Shown here: positions 22,262 through 33,800 of the stretch, one piece after another
Layout: every line of letters starts with the position of its first letter
Position numbering within the stretch: position 1 is the stretch's first letter
Assembly: GCF_016432865.1 (NCBI RefSeq)
Contig: NC_067403.1
Coordinates: 247,442,001-247,506,000 of the forward strand
Direction of reading: 5' to 3'
Source of the DNA: Antechinus flavipes
Taxonomy: Eukaryota
DNA: 64,000 nucleotides
The notes under the pieces: generated by a model
Database searches by the model: none
Told to the model about the DNA's origin: nothing
Seen by the model: only the letters and a program-made list of their open reading frames with translations
Made by a program: the position numbers and the translations under genes

Positions 22262-24306
22262 CTACGTCAAGACGTCCACCTCCGTTTCTGACTCCGAGGA
22301 GGGGTCAGGCCACACAGAGAGGCTGGGGAAGGGCACTTGCCCGACCTGGGCCGTCCAGTCCACTACATCAATCTCCCCCTCCTCCTCCAGACTGGCAGGG
22401 GACAGGGCCAGCTTCTCCGAGTTACCAAGCTCCTGCTTGACCTCTGGACAGGCTACTCCTTCAGGGTACAGTGTATCGTCAGTGACTGAGGGTTTCCCAT
22501 AACTAGTGTCCACCCAGCTGGAGCAGGGAGGGGACAAGTCTCCATAAGGTGCATGGAAATGGACAGGGGACTCGGGGCAGAGCAGTTTCTCCCCCTGCAC
22601 GTCTGGCTGGGGGCCGGGGGTTGCCGGCTCCGAGGTCCAGGAGGCGGCCACTGCCAGCCCTTCACCTTCACTCCCGTGGGAGGCCACGAGGGGGCTAAGA
22701 GGCTCTACAGATCCCTTATCCTCTCTCACCTTAACGGAGTCCTTCTCCAGCCCCGCAAACTCTCTTGGCCACAGCTCCACATCTGGCAGACACCATTCTT
22801 CTCCTTCCACCCAGTTCTTCTCGGGCTCGGTGAGAGGGTAGGTCGGGGTCCTTGAGTTTCCAGCCCTGGGACTCTCCAGGGAGTCGACCGAAGGGCCGAT
22901 GTCTGAGTCACAAAGCATGAAGTCCAGGATCTCCTCCAGCTCGCTGGTGGCGGCAGCACTGGTGATGCGGTATTCCTCTGCCTCACAGGGCTGGCCCAAC
23001 AGGGCCGGGACAAAGTCACAGGGCTCCCTGCAGTCTCCACCCAACAGAGCTTCTTTGCCCACCATGTCAGGGATATCCGGAAATTCTGACTTCACCACGG
23101 CCTGTTCTGGAAACTGGCCAGCGGCCAGCAGTGTCTCCTGGAGCCTGGAGCAGGCCGGCGAATCCAGCGAGCACAGACTGATTTCCACAGCGGGCTTGCC
23201 CTCTTCTTCCATGAGGCTCATGCCCGGCCCCTGAGTCTCCTCTCCAGACTCCCCGCCAGGCCCGGGGGTCAGCTGGCTCTCCTGAGAGTCCCTGGAAGGA
23301 GATTCCTGGACCACCTCCCAACAGCTGCCATTAACGATCTTACGAAGCTTGACCCGTCCGACCTGGCCTTCCTCGGCCGAGTCAGAGCTGGGGGCCCTGG
23401 CCTCGGGGCTCCGCTTCTTATTTCCGCCCATCTTGGGGGTGAGGGAAGGACTGGAGGTCCCCTCCAGAAGGCTGCCCTTTCCGGGCCCCGGCTCTTCCTC
23501 GGTGATCTCCTTGCTCAGCGTCTTCTGCCGCCACAGACGGCGGCTGGGTGGCGTGGGGGCCGAACTGGGCCCTGTTACGGTGCTGAGGGACTTGGCCGAA
23601 CAGACATCGGGAGACAGTTTTGTGCGGCTCAGCCTGATCTTCCTGGGCAACAGAGGTTCATCCACGATGGGGCTGGGGGGGAAAAGCTCAGCAGCTACAG
23701 GGCCTGGCACCCTGCGGTTCTCCTTGGGGCCTTGCCCCTGGCTTTTAGGTGAAGAGCTTTCTGCTTGTGTGGGAGGGCAGATTCTGGCCTTCCCCTTAAT
23801 GGGGAAGGGGTCTGACATCTCGGACAAGTGCTCTGTGCTCTGCCCTCTGCTTTCCTCCTGGGGATCCTCTTCTTTTCCCAAGAGCTTCAGCTTCCCGCCC
23901 CCAGGGGCACAGGCAGCTTGGGGAGGAGGTAGGGGAGTGCGGGGGCGGCGGCTGGGGCCCACCACTCGGGCGGAGATGGGGGCAGGGGGTGGTGGCTGCA
24001 AGCATTCCCGATTTAAGCGTCTGCCCTGGGCTGCTCGAACCAGTTTTCCACCTTCCAGCTGAAGCGACTCCAGCTCTGAGACTCGAAGCTGGCGGGCTGC
24101 TAAAAGCACATCTTGGGCTTCTTCCCGGGAGACTTCCATCTCCGAGGTGTAGAGGAAATCCACCAGCTTGCGCAGAGTCCCAATCTTCAAGCCCCCCAGC
24201 TCTAAGACCACCTTTCGGCCCTGGGCCGGCCGCTCCCGTTGGAGGCGCTCGGTGAAGAAGGGGCTGCAGGCTGAGAGGATGCAGCAGTGAGCTGGGACTG
24301 CCTCAC
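22262..24306 (-). CDS. BTBD18: BTBD18 large last coding exon (rest of BTB domain plus long disordered tail)
   Basis: ttcccctccag|GT GAG GCA: (G)EAVPAHCCILSACSPFF...LVDFLYTSEM...ETEVDVLT*; 2045 nt open. Total 2169 nt = 722 aa + stop. Confidence 0.96.
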
Positions 24307-24699
24307 CTGGAGGGGAACCCACCCAAACACATCAGTGTCACAAGTGGGCATGGTGCTTCACCCCCATCCCCCACCCCTCTTCCATGGAGCCTCAAATTGA
24401 AAGGGAAATAGTTCTTGAATCACTGTCAGAAACAGTAGGGATGCTAGACTTCATTAGGATCAAGTTCTTCGCTTTAGAGAGAAAGAACGGGGCTTAGCTA
24501 GAAGGGAGGAAACTTACCTGAGATCCCACCTTGAATCAGTGGCAGGGAGGCCTATGGGATGTGGGGTCTTCCTGACTCTTGGGCCAACATCCCCTCTAAA
24601 ATATCCTAAACTCCCCAACTGTGCATTTACCTTCCAAGAGGACAAAAGAGAAGCGGATCCCTGGGCCAAATGTAACAACGAATGGAGACCATCTTCCTA

Positions 24700-25280
24700 G
24701 CAGTTTAAAGATGTAATTCTTAGGGAAATACCACTACTGTGCCTACAACCCTATGGCCCTACCCCCATGATATCAAAGAAATGTTCACAAAAGATATTTT
24801 AAAAATCTCTTTTCATAATCACTCCAAATGGGAAATTCCCCTGGGTTTTCTCTTGGAAATTTAAATTATAATATGAATTTAATGGATTATTATTGTACCA
24901 TAGAAAATGACAAAATAGTGCTGAGAAGCTTGGAAGACTTCTCTGATGCAGAAGAAAATAAGCAAAGCTAGGAGAACAATTTATATAGATGATATCAAAA
25001 ATTGTTTGGAAAGGATTCTGTTAGTGCAATGATAAATGACAAGCCCAAAATCTGAAGGAGACCCCCCTCCCATTCCCCCCATTCCCCTCCTTCCAGAGAG
25101 GTGATGGACTTAACATGACATACATTTTTGGAAAAGGTTAATAGAGAAATTTGTTTTGTTGGACTATGCATGCTTATGAGGAGGCCCTTGTTGGAAGTCA
25201 AGATAATAAAAGGGGTTAAATTATTTAAATGCATGTAAAAATAAATAGATACATTTACCAAAAAGAAAAAAAAAAACCGT
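24700..25280 (+). mobile_element. Old L1 3' fragment
   Basis: Degenerate L1 ORF2 end/3' UTR (gaagcttggaagacttctctgatgcag...aagctaggagaacaatttata) with an A-rich tail near 25260. Confidence 0.6.
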
Positions 25281-25980
25281 AACTCTTAAGGAAGACTTAT
25301 ATACATATTAACTACTAGTTACTCACAGGTCTACTTACTTCTCACTGGACACTTTTGCCTTTTTTCCTAACTAGTCATCCTCCCTTAGAAAGTAAGCTCC
25401 TCAAGGGCAAGATCTCTTGGCTAGTCCTTATTCCTAGCACTTAGCACAGTGTTTCAATTTACTTGGGGACGGGGAGTGAAGACAGGGGAAAGAGAGGAGA
25501 AGGATACTGAAAGAGCCACTTGGCCCTCAAGTAATTACAAGAGTCAGAGACCACCATATCCTATGCTCTGTAAGAGGGGATAATAGGTCACACCTTGTAG
25601 GAACAGAGACCACAGTTGCTAAGAGTAAGGATTGAAAAGAACTCAACAACAAAAGATACTCAACAAGTTGGAGAACAGTCTTACATTTGGATTCAAAAAT
25701 AAATTTCTCTAATAATGGATGGAGATCCAGCATATAAAGGATCTGGGTTTTTTTTTGTTTGTTTGTTTTTTTTTTTTTGGTGTTTTTTTAGCAGGGGAGG
25801 CTGCAAAGATTAACACAGAAGAGAGCAGATGAAATAAGATATGAAAGGAAACAGACCAATTATTAAGGATTAAGTTTTACAAACATCAAATTCACTGATC
25901 CTCCAAGAACCCTGGTAGATTGCTGCTATTAAATCTGGAACATAAGAATTTACAAAGGTCAGTGTTGAAAACTATCTTTG

Positions 25981-26447
25981 ACTTACATGAACTGATGCTG
26001 AGTGAAATGAGCAGAACCAGGAGATCATTATATACCTCAACAACGATACTGTTTGAGCATGTATTCTGATGGAAGTGGATCTCTTCGATAAAGAGAGCCT
26101 TAATTGATCAAAGATGGACAGAAGCAGCTACACCCAGAGAAAGAACACTGGGAAATGAATATAAACTGCTTGCATTTTTGTTTTTCTTCCCGGGTTATTT
26201 ATACCTTCTGAATTCAATTCTCGCTGTGCAACAAGAAAACTGTCCGGTTCTGCACAAATATATTATATCCAGGATATACTGTAACCTATTCAACATGTAA
26301 AGGACTGCTTGCCATCTGGGGGAAGGGGTGGAGGGAGGGAGGGGAAAAATCGGAACAGAAATGAATGCAAGGGATAATGCTGTAAAAAATTACTCTGGCA
26401 TGCGTTCTATCAATAAAAAGATATTAAAATTAAAAAAAAAAAAGAAA
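25981..26447 (+). mobile_element. Younger 5'-truncated L1 (3' UTR) with poly(A) and perfect 14-bp TSD, inserted in an older L1 tail
   Basis: acttacatgaactgatgctgagtgaaatgagcagaaccagg...caataaaaag, then poly(A); TSD gaaaactatctttg at 25967-25980 and 26448-26461. Confidence 0.9.
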
Positions 26448-26639
26448 GAAAACTATCTTTGCATGTGTTTGGAAAAATAAAATGCCATTAAAAAAAAAAT
26501 TCAGTCCCCTTCAGTAGTCTATCAGTCTCAATAGGTCACCCACAATGCCATATGAGAATGATCTAAGGCAGTTATTGGATTCAAGAATCTCAGTATAGAA
26601 AACTGAAGAAATTTTGCAATTATCTGCACCTTGAGAGTT

Positions 26640-27698
26640 TCTATATTAAGAAAGTTTTTCTGCCTGTTCCAAGTATAAGCTGATCTTTCTCTTGAGAAGA
26701 TGAAGGAGCTCATGGAACAGCTCTATAGAGTTCATGCTATCAGGGATAATAAAGTGTTCCCTCACACAGAAGCAAGGTATTCATGGAGGGGAAAAAAATC
26801 TGAAGTGGTAGTTGAAGCTGATGAAAAGAAAAAGAATGAATGTATAGTTATTCCACATCTCAGGGGCTAAAATCTGGGTAAAAATGTTTTGGTCCTCCTT
26901 TCATTCCATGAGAATGTCCTTTTTTTTAATGGGGTGTTTACATTAATTTACTGTAAAATTTGGGTTATATATTATGCACTTCTGAGTTTTTAAACCTTCT
27001 CTGTGTCATCTTCAAAACTTCCAAAAAATTCCACTTAATTTCTTACACTGACCCTTGCTATACTGAAACTGAAGTGGGGAAAGTCATGATGTGGAAGAGA
27101 TAACTGTACACTCATAATTTGAAAAAAAAAAAAAAAAAAAAAAAAGATCCCTCTTCCTGAAGGGAGATGGATGCTCTGAGGAAGTGGCAGCTACTTTTGT
27201 TCCTGAGAATGATGAAAACAGAGCCCCAAAAGCTGTCAGGTGAAAAAGAGACCTTATTGGTGACTCCTTCCTGAGAGGCAACTGAAACGTTTTAACATGA
27301 TAAGAGTAACTGAAAGGCCTGTTGTCTTTTGGGAATAATTATCCAAGACCTAATTGAAAACCTTCCAACTTGTTCAAAGAGATGACTCTTCCTCTTCTGA
27401 TGGTCCTTATGGGCATAAATCATCAGAAAGATTACAAAGTCTTAACCAAAAAACTGAAGACTAGGTGGGGCAGGTAGGGTTTACCTCACTTCTGGCACTA
27501 AAAACAAGAGATAAAGAAAACTCTCTTAGAAGTATATAGCTGATTCAGATGATGGTGTCTGACAAAGGGCCATAGATTTCTGGATCACAGTTTAACATAT
27601 AATAGGTTTCTGTCCAGGGTTGGAGTGACCTAGCAAGATCTGAGATGAACATATTTGCTTAGTATTCTGCTAATCTAATCAAAGGGGTTTCCAACTAA
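26640..27698 (+). mobile_element. CR1/L3 LINE ORF1 remnant (zinc-finger/coiled-coil plus SGNH-esterase-like region)
   Basis: Broken frames read CSKYKLIFLL-EKMKELMEQL...IRDNKVF, IGDSFLRG (27256-27279), CCLLGIIIQDLIENLP, RFLDHSLTY and ANLIKGVSN*; these resemble CR1 ORF1 motifs. Confidence 0.7.
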
Positions 27699-27964
27699 AA
27701 GAGAATGGGTCAGGGAGAAAGTAACACATACTTATAGATATATGTGCCATAAAAAGTAACTCTAAAGAGAATAGTATTTGAGACACCCAGACATTTTCAA
27801 GAAACAAAATTTAATAAAGGAGCCAGTAGTAAAACTCCTGGATTCCACTATCAATGCATAAGGAAGAATGAACATACACGAAAAGAGAATGATGTAGAAA
27901 TACATCAAATTCAACAGTTTGGGGGTAATACACAGTGGAGATTTTTGACTAGAGATTAATTAAG

Positions 27965-30730
27965 GAGGCCATTCCAGTCAAGATGGAAGCCTGGATGGAT
28001 ATAGCTTCCTACATACTTACTGCAGCAAAAACCTTGAAACTCAAGAAAGCCAATGAGATGTATCACTTCCATAAAGAGGGAGAAAGACCAGGGAGAAATG
28101 TTGGAAAGAAGGCAGATCTTCATAAAAATAAAATAAAACTCACTTAAAAAAAAAATAAAGCAAAAGTATAGGCAGACCTGAGGCAAGATGTGTTAATATC
28201 CATTAAAGACTAAGTTTTAGGGTGGAAACCCTAACATGAGAAACATATACCCTGGAAGAATGGTGTCTTTTTTTTTTTTTTGCATTAAAAGTATCTACTT
28301 TATTAAAAATCATATTACACAATTTCTAAACTTTATATTAATGGAAGCTCAATTTCTTTCATGCCTTTTTATTGTTCTTTATATACTGTAATATTTGTTT
28401 GTTGTTGACTGTTAAATTCACAACAAAAAAGAGGAAAAAAATCTAAGAGACCATTTTAAGTGAGTACTTTCACCAAAGTACTTGACAAAAAAAAAAAAAA
28501 TAAAACAAATCAGCTAGCAACCCCTGGACAACAGGAATGGAGTGTGTATGGTGGAAACTAGCAAACCCAGTGGCAGCCTAAGCAAACAAGGTGGTGGCCC
28601 TCCAGAGCAGGGGTAAAACTACTTTATAGTCTATACTGCTCTCTCTCTCTGAAAGCAGCAAAAGTAGAAAACTCACATAGAAATCTCTAGGGTTACCAGA
28701 AACCTCCCAGCAAGATCATTATTAAGTCCTAGAAAGCAGCATGTCTCAGGGCTCCAAGTCAAAAAAGTTAACTCCAGGGCTGCTAGGTCCCTGTTCTGAT
28801 AAAGTCATAGGAAGCCCTGAAACCCAGTATTCTGAACCTCAAAGATGGAGAAGAAATAGATCCCAGAGGACCTAAAGCAAGAACAAGCAGGGTCAACCAC
28901 TCTACCCCAAAATACATAGAAGGCAGAGCCTGCCTTCAATAAAGCCTTTACTTAGGAACCAAAACCTGAATGATGAATAAACCAGAGACACTGACTGACC
29001 AGTATCAAAAATGCTTACAAATCTAAAAATCTCACAAAAACAAAAATTCTGCTACAACTTTAAGCTCAGCCTCAAAGAGAAGAAAAAAAGGATTTTTGAC
29101 AGTTAATACCCAACAGAAAAGAAATGAAAGATAAAAAATGAAGTAGCTTGGAAGGGAAAGTGGTAAATCTTAGCCAATTGATCAACTTCCTGAAAACCGG
29201 AAGAGTAGAACAAGAAATTAACTCCATGAGACAGCAAGAAATAATAGAACAAAATCAAAAGAGTGAAAAAAAATAGAAGAAAGGATTCCATAAAAAGCAC
29301 AAGATTCCAAAAGAAAAACTTGGATATTCTAATCCAAGAAATCACAACTGAAAACTGCCTAGATCGATCAGAGCCAGGATAAAATAACCCACTCACTGCC
29401 CCCTGAAAGAGATCCCCACCCCAAATCCAGCCAAAAGGCAGAGCTCAAAAGCAGCCAGAAGGCAGCATTTCAAGTACCAGAGAACCAGGAAGGGTCCTCA
29501 CATGAAACCTGGCAGCTCCTACTTTAAAAAAGGGAGATGTTGAGAGAACAATATTCTAAAAGGCAAGAGATAAACTTACAGACTAGCCTTCTAACTTAAC
29601 CTGCAAAGAGAAATTCTCCAAGGGCAAAAACATGCCTTTGGAATATAGAGTGGACTTTCTGGCATATCTGAAGCAACTTTGAAATGCAAACAGCAGAGTA
29701 CAAAGGAATCTAGAAAGGAAAAGTAATTGGACACTGAATGAATGCTAACATTCTAATGGGGAAAAGAAAAGTGTCCTTCAGAATTTTAAGTCTTTAATGG
29801 TTGAGTACTAAGAGTATTAAATCAGAAAAACAGAGAAACTCGAAAGGAGAGATGAATGATTGAGACTGTTCTGAAAAGGAGAAAGACACGATCAGTAAAA
29901 GGAATACACTACTTCACAAAGGAGGGGGAAGAGGGTACAACTTTATCCTAACAGGGATATATAAGAAAAATAGTCTAAAAAGCATGAAGGATGGAGTAGA
30001 AGGAGAGAGTGAACATTAGGTAGAATCTTAGTCTTACTTAAAGTGCACAGAGGGTTGAACATACATGTTAACAGGATGATATAGAAATATATCAGATTCA
30101 ACAGTTTGGGTGTTTGGGGTAATATAAATATGTATATTCAAGTTCCTAAGTGGGAAGGCAGGAATTGGGGAAGAGAAAAAATGGTGATCCAGTACCGATC
30201 TTAATCAGGAAAGGTAATGGATAAATAAAGAATTTGAATCTGTGTTTTGATAAAACATAGATTGGATGAACTTCTCAGAGGGAAAGGTTACTGAGTGCCA
30301 GTTATGGGCCACAAGTGAAAGTGGGAGCAGTGCAGTGCAGAATGAGCAGTGATCCCATGTCTGTGAATACAAGATGAACACTGTGAGAAAGGAAATGCAT
30401 TATGATAAAAACAAGTTTTTTACTTATGAAGCAGATGTTCCAGAGAACACAAAGGAAGGGTGGGCAGAGAGAAGTAGGATTCAAGGAGCAGACTTCAGAC
30501 ATACAAATGCAGGGTTTGCTGATGTTAAAACAAGGAACATCACTGCAATGGTTCTTTAAAATGCATAAAAGAGAACAAAGCTCAGAAAGAAGCAGGACAA
30601 ACAGAATAATTTTACAAGGAGGTGTGGTATTATATACTTTAAAAAAGCAAGTATAAGGAAATGGGATATTTTGTGTTTTGCTGTGTATATGGGAATGTTT
30701 TTTGGTTTTTATGTTAAATTAAAAAAAAAA
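27965..30730 (+). mobile_element. Degenerate L1-derived element, possibly HAL1-type (5' UTR + ORF1, no ORF2 seen)
   Basis: L1-like start (cagtcaagatggaagcc); ORF1-like segment near 29200-29700 (ttggatattctaatccaagaaatcacaactgaaaactgcc); ends in poly(A) near 30720. Confidence 0.5.
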
Positions 30731-30771
30731 ACATATATATATCTCCTGAAATTAATGGAGGAGAAACTAAG

Positions 30772-30868
30772 TGGGGCAGTGGATAGAACACCAGCTTTGG
30801 AGTCAGGAGGATCCGAGTTCAAATCTAGCCTCAGACAATTTGACACTTATTAGGTGTGTGACTCTGGG
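30772..30868 (+). mobile_element. Mar1/WSINE-like short CORE-SINE
   Basis: gcagtggatagaacaccagctttggagtcaggaggatccgagttcaaatctagcctcagacaatttgacactta. Confidence 0.75.
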
Positions 30869-30929
30869 CAAAATCACAATACAGATCTCAGGCTGGATTT
30901 GAATCCGGGTTTTCCAAAATCCAAATCCA

Positions 30930-31411
30930 GTTTGTCCACTGTGATAAAGGATCTCACACAATTCCTGTGGAAGATCTGGAATTGGTGAATCACAGTAATA
31001 GATGGTTTGATGTCCCGTGGCAAAAGGTCTCCAGTGGAGTGCCACAGGTGTCTATGTTGGATCCCTAGTTTCACATACAGGGTGAATCCAAAATCTTAGT
31101 TTACCTTTAAGCAACTAAAAAGAGTTGAAAGGCATGAAGTAGCAGAGCTGAGATTTCTCCAGCTTCACAACTCAGGCTTTTCCTCTGGTGCTATAGCTTA
31201 GGATGGCAAACGTTTTTATCAGCAATGTAGATAAAGGCATAGATGGTATGCTTTATCAAAATTGCGGCAGATAAGAACAAAGCTTGGCTAACACATCGGA
31301 TAAAAGCCAATATCTAAAATCTCAATAGGCTAGAGCTTTCACGTGGTTCTAATAAGATAAAATTCAAAGGAAACTCTCATACTTGGGTTTACTAAACAAT
31401 TTCCCAAGTAC

Positions 31412-31459
<48 letters not shown>

Positions 31460-31600
31460 TTAAATAGCAGTTAGTCTGAAGATCTGAGGATTTTAGTGAA
31501 CCACAAGGTCAATCTGAATCAGCAGGATGATGATGTTAATACTTCCAGGAAAGGTGTTAGCCCCACTGGATTCAACTCTGATTAGACATCATCTTGCAGT
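30930..31600 (+). mobile_element. CR1/L3 ORF2 reverse-transcriptase remnant
   Basis: tggcaaaaggtctccagtggagtgccacagg (WxxVSSGVPQ); gatggtatgcttt-atcaaaattgcggcagat (GMLIKFADD-like); aataagataaaattcaa (NxxKFN). Confidence 0.75.
31416..31458. repeat. (GT)n microsatellite, about 21 units
   Basis: Perfect GT run inside the L3 remnant. Confidence 0.98.
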
Positions 31601-32499
31601 CCCTAAGTTATACCATTCCCTAGAGCAGCATGATTTGTGGACCTTTTTTTGAAGGTTCAAAAAAACCTTTTATTTTTTTAGGGAGGGAGGGAATGGGAAA
31701 TGTTTTCAAATGTGCTTTCATAATTAATACTTAAATATGATCTATTAAAACACTCCCTTTTCAAACCACATATCTGTATAAGGCCAGAATTTCCTCCTGA
31801 ACAATATACTGAAATAAAATGAATGTAGAAACAGATAAGAAAATCCAGCTGGCTTTGATGAAACCATTAAAGAAATTTGCAAACTAAAACAATACCATTC
31901 TTCTCACTCAATTTTTTTTTTGTTTTAGATAAGTTTCTCATAAAATTACATTAAAACATAATAGCTTTATTACTTTTAATGTATTAATGAATTAATAACA
32001 TATTTTAAACTTTTATCTGTTTTAATTTTGTATAGGGTGAATACTGATAGAAGCTGCATAAACAAAAAATCAAGAGTTTAACATGGCTAAGAACTGTGGG
32101 TAGGCCTAAAAAGACTCCCTACTAGGGCCCCTCCACTATCTGGGACTGGCCTGCTATTTCCAGGAAAAGGCCGAATCGATCTTTCCATGTATTCATTCTT
32201 TCCCAAACAAGGCCTTCTCCCCATATTCCTAGACTTTTCTTTACTGCTCATTGGTTCTAGATCCAGGATCAAAATTGTTCCTGGATGAGGTGTATCAACT
32301 TACTCTCTTCTAGATTCATTCCCCATTCCCCATCCCGGTAACTCTAGGGACAAAGGGACCTATGTTCCTTTAGAATATAAATTGTGATTTGAGGACAAGG
32401 ACTATCTTTGCTTTTATATCTGAATCCTCAGTTCTCAACTCAAAGCTGGACATAGCTAGGACTTAATAAATACTTTTTCAACCATTGAAAATTAGCAGA

Positions 32500-32850
32500 A
32501 GGAACCAGGATGTTTAGCTAAGAGAAGGAGGGGGGAAAAAACCGGAATGGGGGAATTTAGGAGGAAGAGGCAGACATAATGGCTGTCTTCAAGGATTTGA
32601 GGGCTGTCAATACTTGTTCTGCTTGACCCCACAGGGCAAAATTAGAAACATTAGGTAGAAGCTGGAAAAAGAAAACTTAAGCTTGGTATCTAGAACATTC
32701 TGATAAACAGAGCTATCGCCTGCCTTGAGAATGAGAGAGTACCCGCTCCCAGAAAATCTTTAGTGCCCTGGATCAGGGCCATCCCTTTCAGGTAGAGGCC
32801 AGACCAGATGGCCACTGAGGACCATTCCCACTTTGCAACTCTATGATCTT
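32500..32850 (+). mobile_element. CR1/L3 3' end
   Basis: gacataatggctgtcttcaaggatttgagggctgtc...gaccagatggccactgaggaccattcccactttgcaactctatgatc matches the L3 terminus. Confidence 0.7.
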
Positions 32851-32929
32851 GCTCAGAAACTCCTCCCCTTCCCAGAGCTCACCCCCCACAGGATTTCTCT
32901 ATCCCCCCTCCCCCAAGCAGCCTCTTTAC

Positions 32930-33053
32930 CTTCTGCCTGCAGAAGAACATCACAGAACACGCCACTCTGTTGCTGGTGATGGAGTTGGAGAAAAGCTAAG
33001 CGAAGGAGCCTGGGATTCCTGTAGAGGATTTTGGGGCTCTCAGAAGAGCACAT
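32930..33053 (-). CDS. BTBD18: BTBD18 first coding exon (start of BTB domain)
   Basis: accATG: MCSSESPKILYRNPRLLRLAFLQLHHQQQSGVFCDVLLQAE(G), donor AG|GTAAAG; 124 nt. Likely acceptor at 33103-33104, 49 nt before the ATG. Confidence 0.95.
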
Positions 33054-33485
33054 GGTGATTGATAGCCCCAAACACACTTCTGTCTGTTCACAAATCAAGT
33101 ACCTGGTGAGTAAGACATGGTGCTTCAGAGACTCTGTTTTGCTTTACTGACTTCTTTCTTTTCTTACTGGGCTGCACTGGAAGGTGAAAACAACTCACAA
33201 TTGCACAGCCTTCCCCCTAAAAACAGTCTCGTGAGATAGGGGCCAGCACTGTTCCCCCATTTTGCAGGTGAGCAAACTGAGGCTCCAAGAAGTTAACGAA
33301 TTTGTTCTCAATCACACAACTAATTGCCTGAGTGGGAACTGAAGCAGGTCGCTCCTGAATTCAAGCTCTTGCCTCTAATTCCAGCTATCTCTACAGACAA
33401 GGGGCATGACCGGGGGCCAGTGGGGTTGCAGATCCCAGAAAAAGCCATGCCCCTCGCCCACCTGCCTGGTAGGGAAGACTCTCAC

Positions 33486-33800
33486 CTGCCATCCTGGCTG
33501 CCTCCTTCTTCAAAAAGAAGGCCCCAGGGGGCAGCCAAGCCTTTCCCAACAAACTGACCGGAAGAGAATCCTGGCAAAGGCCACTTGAATTTTCCCAAGT
33601 GCCAGGCTTAACAAGGAAGGGCTCAGCCTGACGTGTCCCCATTAACCAGCAGGGGGTGCAGGGTGTTTGGGAGAAGCAGGGCGAGCCTGAGCCAGAAGCA
33701 GCTGGAATGCTCTGCCTGCGGGGCACCAATCCCTACTAGAACAAGCTCTTCACCTGGGGTCCCTGAACCGCTTTTTAAATATTTTGATAACTCCATTTCA
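33486..33800 (-). other. BTBD18: Candidate non-coding first exon of BTBD18 (5' end uncertain)
   Basis: Strong donor CAG|GTGAG at 33485 on minus; a second possible donor at 33753; not verifiable without RNA data. Confidence 0.35.

Noticed and set aside
23349-24062. 237-aa plus-strand ORF
   Set aside because: Antisense to the GC-rich BTBD18 exon, no ATG start, no homology recognised.
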